Notes under the pieces: model-generated
What the model was told of the DNA's origin: nothing
Databases searched by the model: none
The model's input: the letters and a program-made list of their open reading frames with translations, nothing else
Shown here: positions 59,901-64,000 of the stretch, in pieces
Layout of the letters: every line of letters begins with the position of its first letter
How positions within the stretch are numbered: the stretch's first letter is position 1
NCBI GenBank assembly: GCA_036172245.1
Contig: JAYWIR010000001.1
Location: 10,788,001-10,852,000 of the forward strand
DNA: 64,000 bases
Direction: 5' to 3'
From: Raillietiella orientalis
Taxonomy: Eukaryota
Made by a program: the position numbers and the translations under genes

Positions 59901-61049
59901 AAGGAGGCCCTTCAGTTGGCCAGATTGACACTTGGAGTGCGGCGCAAGAGACGCGTCCCGGTGGTCGGCCGCCGCCATCGCCCCGGGCAGCGAGCCGTCG
60001 CCGCAGGGAGTTGCGACCCCCTCCCATCTGCCACTACCTTTCCGTGGAAAATAAAAAGAATGGGAGGGGGGAAAGTGGGCGTGGGCCTCCCCGGCGGCGC
60101 TCGCGGCAAATCCCCTCTTCCGCCCTGCTCGCTGCTCATTCCGGCGGACGCACCCTGGTGGGGGAGGGAAGGGAGGCGTGGGCCCCTCAAGATCGCGCGC
60201 GTTCTCCACCCGCCTCATCTCCACGCGACCAGCCGGTGCGCCGAAACGCCGGTGGCGGCACGCGGGGATGACGGGATTGTTCCCCCCTTCCAGGGGCAGA
60301 GTCTCCCTCGCGCTCCCACGGATCGCAGAGATGGAGGTTCTCCTCCAGATAGGGGCAGGCAGTCGATGCGCTCGACCCCGGGTCTCCCGCCCTCCCGCTG
60401 CCTCGCCTGCCGGCCGGAGCGGCAATTGCCAGCGTTGAGTCGTCTCCTCGGTAACGCTCCCTCGCTCCGCCGCCATTTCCTGAAGAGGCGGAGGACAGAG
60501 GAGGGAGAGAGGGGTGCCCCGTAGTCCTCCTGCAGCTCTTCCTGCCCCCTTCCTTCTCCTGCCTCAAAGATTTCCGCAGGGAGGCAGCGGGGGATGGGGC
60601 GGTGAGGGGTCAAGGTCGTCGCTTTGGACGCATAGCTGACTCCTCGGTGGAGAGGGCATATCCCTTCGGCCCCCCCTCCGCCGCAGGCGTCGGCATCGGC
60701 GTCCCAGGGTGAGCAGGGGGAGTAGGAGGGGCGTTCCAGCGCTACCATCTCCCGGGAGATGCGGGGATGGAGCGGGGCCTCCCGGAGGGCGCAATCTGGT
60801 CGGAGGGTGGGGGTCACCCTCAGGACAGCGGGGGAGGATGAGGTCCAGGACGAGAAGGTCTCCCGGGAAAGAAAGATGGCCTCCTAGTCACCCTGGAAAT
60901 CGCCTTGGGCAACCTACCCGGGAGATTTCCTGTCAGCGGGAACGCGTGCGGTTCCCTGAACTGCCGCTCCTCCCTCGGGAACCGGAGGCCCCCTCTCTTC
61001 TGGCTCCAAGGGGGCACTCAGAGGCCAACTCCCTGACGAGGATTCCTGG

Positions 61050-61700
61050 CCGCAAGGTCGGATGAGGAGGGTGTACCTGGAAATCATTCCCTGATCCTCT
61101 TGCCCCCTCCCCCGGGGAGTATCGGACTTCCGGGGAAGAAGGAGCACATGGCAGCCCTGTCGCCCGCTGCTCGTGGATCCCGATGCGCGCGCTCAACCCT
61201 TCCCGCGTTGCGAGGGAGGGTAGGAGGAAGGGCAGGAGGAAGGGCGACTGGATCGCGGCCTCCCTCCCCCCCCTCCCTCGAGAAGATCTTGAGAGAGCAC
61301 GAGGGAAGGTCAGGTCACGAGGGGCCGCAGGCGCGCGGTGGTAGCGAGAGTGCATGGCACCCACGGCGGGGACGCCCCAAGGGTGACTTCCTGTCCCCTC
61401 TCCTGCGTGCCCGAGACAGGGAGGAACCGGGACCGCGACGCGTCCCCTCCCCCCTTTCCCTCCCCAGTACGTTCCTGGAATTTCTGGGAGGGGAGGAGGA
61501 ATTTCTCTCGCGCGCGCTCCGTGGTCCAGACTGGGCGAGCCCGCAACGGGGTCTCCTCCTCGGTGGAGCCCAAGCACCTTCCGGGCGTTGGCTGGAAAGG
61601 GAGGCGCTGCAACTCCCAATCCTCTCCCAAGAGAGTCCCGTGCGATTCTCTGTTAGGCGCGTCCATGAGATCGCGAGGGAGGAGACCGTTCCTCGCACAA
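61050..61700 (+). mobile_element. L1/Tx1-like RT remnant
   Basis: WQPCRPLLVD (WRPIxLLNxD) and RRGRPKGDFLSPLL (RGxRQGDPLSPLL). Confidence 0.45.
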
Positions 61701-64000
61701 CGACTTGAGCGGGAGGGACGCGCACTGCTTCTTACTGGTGGGTGGATGGGGCGAGGGGGTGAGTGGCCAAAGCCGGAGAAACGAGCGTGTGCCACGGACC
61801 TCGTGTGACGTCACGACGAGTGCACCTTCCGAAATGTCCCTTCCGCCTGCACGTCTGTCGCTTTGTGGATTTCCAGGACGCGCCATTTCCGATCTCCTCC
61901 TGAAGCCGAAGGGTGTCCAACGGTGGGGAGGAGGAGGAGACGACTCGGAAAGCGAAGCACCATCATGACGACGATGACGAGGAGGAAGAAGAGGAGGTAG
62001 AGGAAAGAGAAGGAAGAAGGGGAGGAAGAGAATGATGATGAAGAAGATGAGAAGGAATGGGAATGGACGATATAACGAGGAGGAATGGGGGAAGGATGAA
62101 AGGGCGACCATGAAGGTCAAGAAAGAAACTGCTGCTGCTGTATCATCCATCAAACATCATTCGCACCTCCGTTTGCTTGTGTGGGGTCAAAGGTGGCCGA
62201 GCAGGGCGGGAGAAGCCGTCTGGCTGTGAGCTCGCTGGGGTGGCGACCACCGGAACGCACGCCCACACCTCGGTATTTCCGAGCGCGGCGGCGGCGGCCG
62301 CAGCAGCGATCTTGGCGAGGAGCCGCTGCTCTCGTTCGTCCTTTGAGGAATCCCGGCGGCCGTCTTGACTACGGAAGTGCCATTGCAGCTCACCACCCTT
62401 CTTCCGCCGGCACTGGAGAAGCCCGCTGCTGCTGAGGCTGCTGGGCATCTCCAGGAGGAGAGGAGACATGGGATCCGGAAGGAACTTGGCCCTCCTCCGA
62501 AAAGTACTCTCCTCCCGCTTCCTGTCCAGTCGTTTGCCGGCGGCTCGTGCCCTCTTGTAGCCACGTCTCCCTACGAAGTTCACCGGAGGAAGGGATGGAC
62601 GACGACGAGGAGGAATTGAGAGTTGAAAAAGGAGAGAAGAAGTGTAGAAGAAAGATAGGAAGAAAAGTAGAAGTCCTTCTAAAGAGAGTGGAAGAGGGAT
62701 AGAAGAGTAGAAGAAATCTCTTTGTAAGGAGAGTAGGAGATGATAGGAGGAGAGCAGAAGGAGAGAGCTGGCCTCATTTCCTAGTAGATGAGGCTGACTG
62801 GAGACGCTTGTGACGGTTGTGAAGGTGGGCAGTACACATCCCTCATTTGCCGATGCGATCACTCCTCAGCTCTCTGGACTGGTACTGAAAGACACTGCCG
62901 AGCAGCTTTCCATGGCGGCATCCATTTCTGATACGAAAGACGTCATCTGCACGGTCAAAAGCTAATTTATTTCCCGAATAAAGAGCAAAAAGACGTAGAG
63001 GTACAGGCAGAAGAATACTGCAGGGGTCGGATTAATCCAAAATTAACCGGCTATCTTCAGAAAAGCCAATAAAATTTCGTGATTTGACTGGATTCTTTAG
63101 ATCTGCGTTTCTCGCTTCCGTTTTCTTTTTCTTCCTTTTCTAAGCTTGTCAAGGTACAAATTCGTTGATCTATTTTTGGCTACCCTCTGAGATCAAAGTA
63201 AATGACGTCATTAAGCTCGGTGACGTGCAGGAAGGAATAACCACAGTTCCAAAGCCAGCATAATGAAAGCCTTCTGGAACTTCCACCTGGTCCAGTCAAG
63301 TGGAAAACCAGCGTCGTATCTCTCGCGTTCCAGAAGAGATGAAGATGCTTTTGTCGTTTTCCTCGAGTTTGAATCCCACACCTGTCTCGAAGTGTCCACA
63401 CGGCGTAATGCACACCACCACGTTCCTTGCATACTGAAATGCAACCGGATTTGACGCGTAGGGAGGCACACTGCTAGGCGTGGGCAAAGCATGGCTTCCC
63501 TCTCCTGAGGTTGATGAACAGGAAATTTAGCATCACTTCGCTAGTCCCCTGAACAGCTTCCAGATCTCCTTCTTCTACTCTCCTTAGAAGGAGACTTCTA
63601 TTCTCCTCCATCTTTCGTCTTCTCCTTCTATCCTTGGGTAGAACCTGCGGTTGTCTTATTCGACACGTGGCAGTCAGCTCAAAGTGAAGTCTACGTATCT
63701 TCAGCGATTGTGGCTAAATCGAAAACTGTCCGGGCCTGATATGTAAGCAGTGGTCCGCCTGACGCTGCCTGCGTCCAGCAGCTCGAAAGCAAAGCATCGA
63801 CAGCTCCATCTCGTATTAGGGAGATTCCCGTTGGCTTTCGTCGACCAGTGGAGTCGAACCTTCTGATTTGGTTCAGTCATTTCCCCAAGCCACCGTTTGC
63901 TCTGCCAGCCGATAGCCGAAATTCGGCCCAGCAGGTTCCTCTTCTACGAAGGTCGCCGCTCATCCGGCACACCGATCGGCTTGGTTGCATCTCGGTGTAC

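Overview
Eukaryotic DNA, most likely from a compact-intron arthropod: modal intron size is 42-53 nt and the proteins are arthropod-like, but the species cannot be fixed from sequence alone. An AT-rich core (~15-40 kb) carries three intact multi-exon housekeeping genes: CYFIP/Sra-1 (+), eIF2B-alpha (+) and SMNDC1/SPF30 (-), the last two convergent with 10 nt between their stop codons. The core also holds decayed Polinton-like, Penelope-like and CR1/L2-like remnants. It is flanked by very GC-rich domains (1-14.4 kb, ~40.4-62 kb) containing the 5' exons of synaptotagmin-1 (-), a nudel-like TM/LDLa/SEA/EGF gene that appears to be decaying (+), and many degenerate LINE fragments. Most ORFs in the supplied track within the GC-rich zones are compositional artefacts. 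The most unusual signal is an L1/Tx1-like family with five 3' ends. They share a structured 3'-UTR and lack poly(A) tails, and in at least two copies they run into the same endonuclease-internal segment, whose antisense strand carries a tRNA B-box-like motif. Two copies share a 2626-bp near-identical inverted block inside diverged homologous flanks and bracket CYFIP. Also present are a ~90-bp Wolbachia-like clpX fragment and several unrelated near-perfect fold-back hairpins. All alignments were done by eye.
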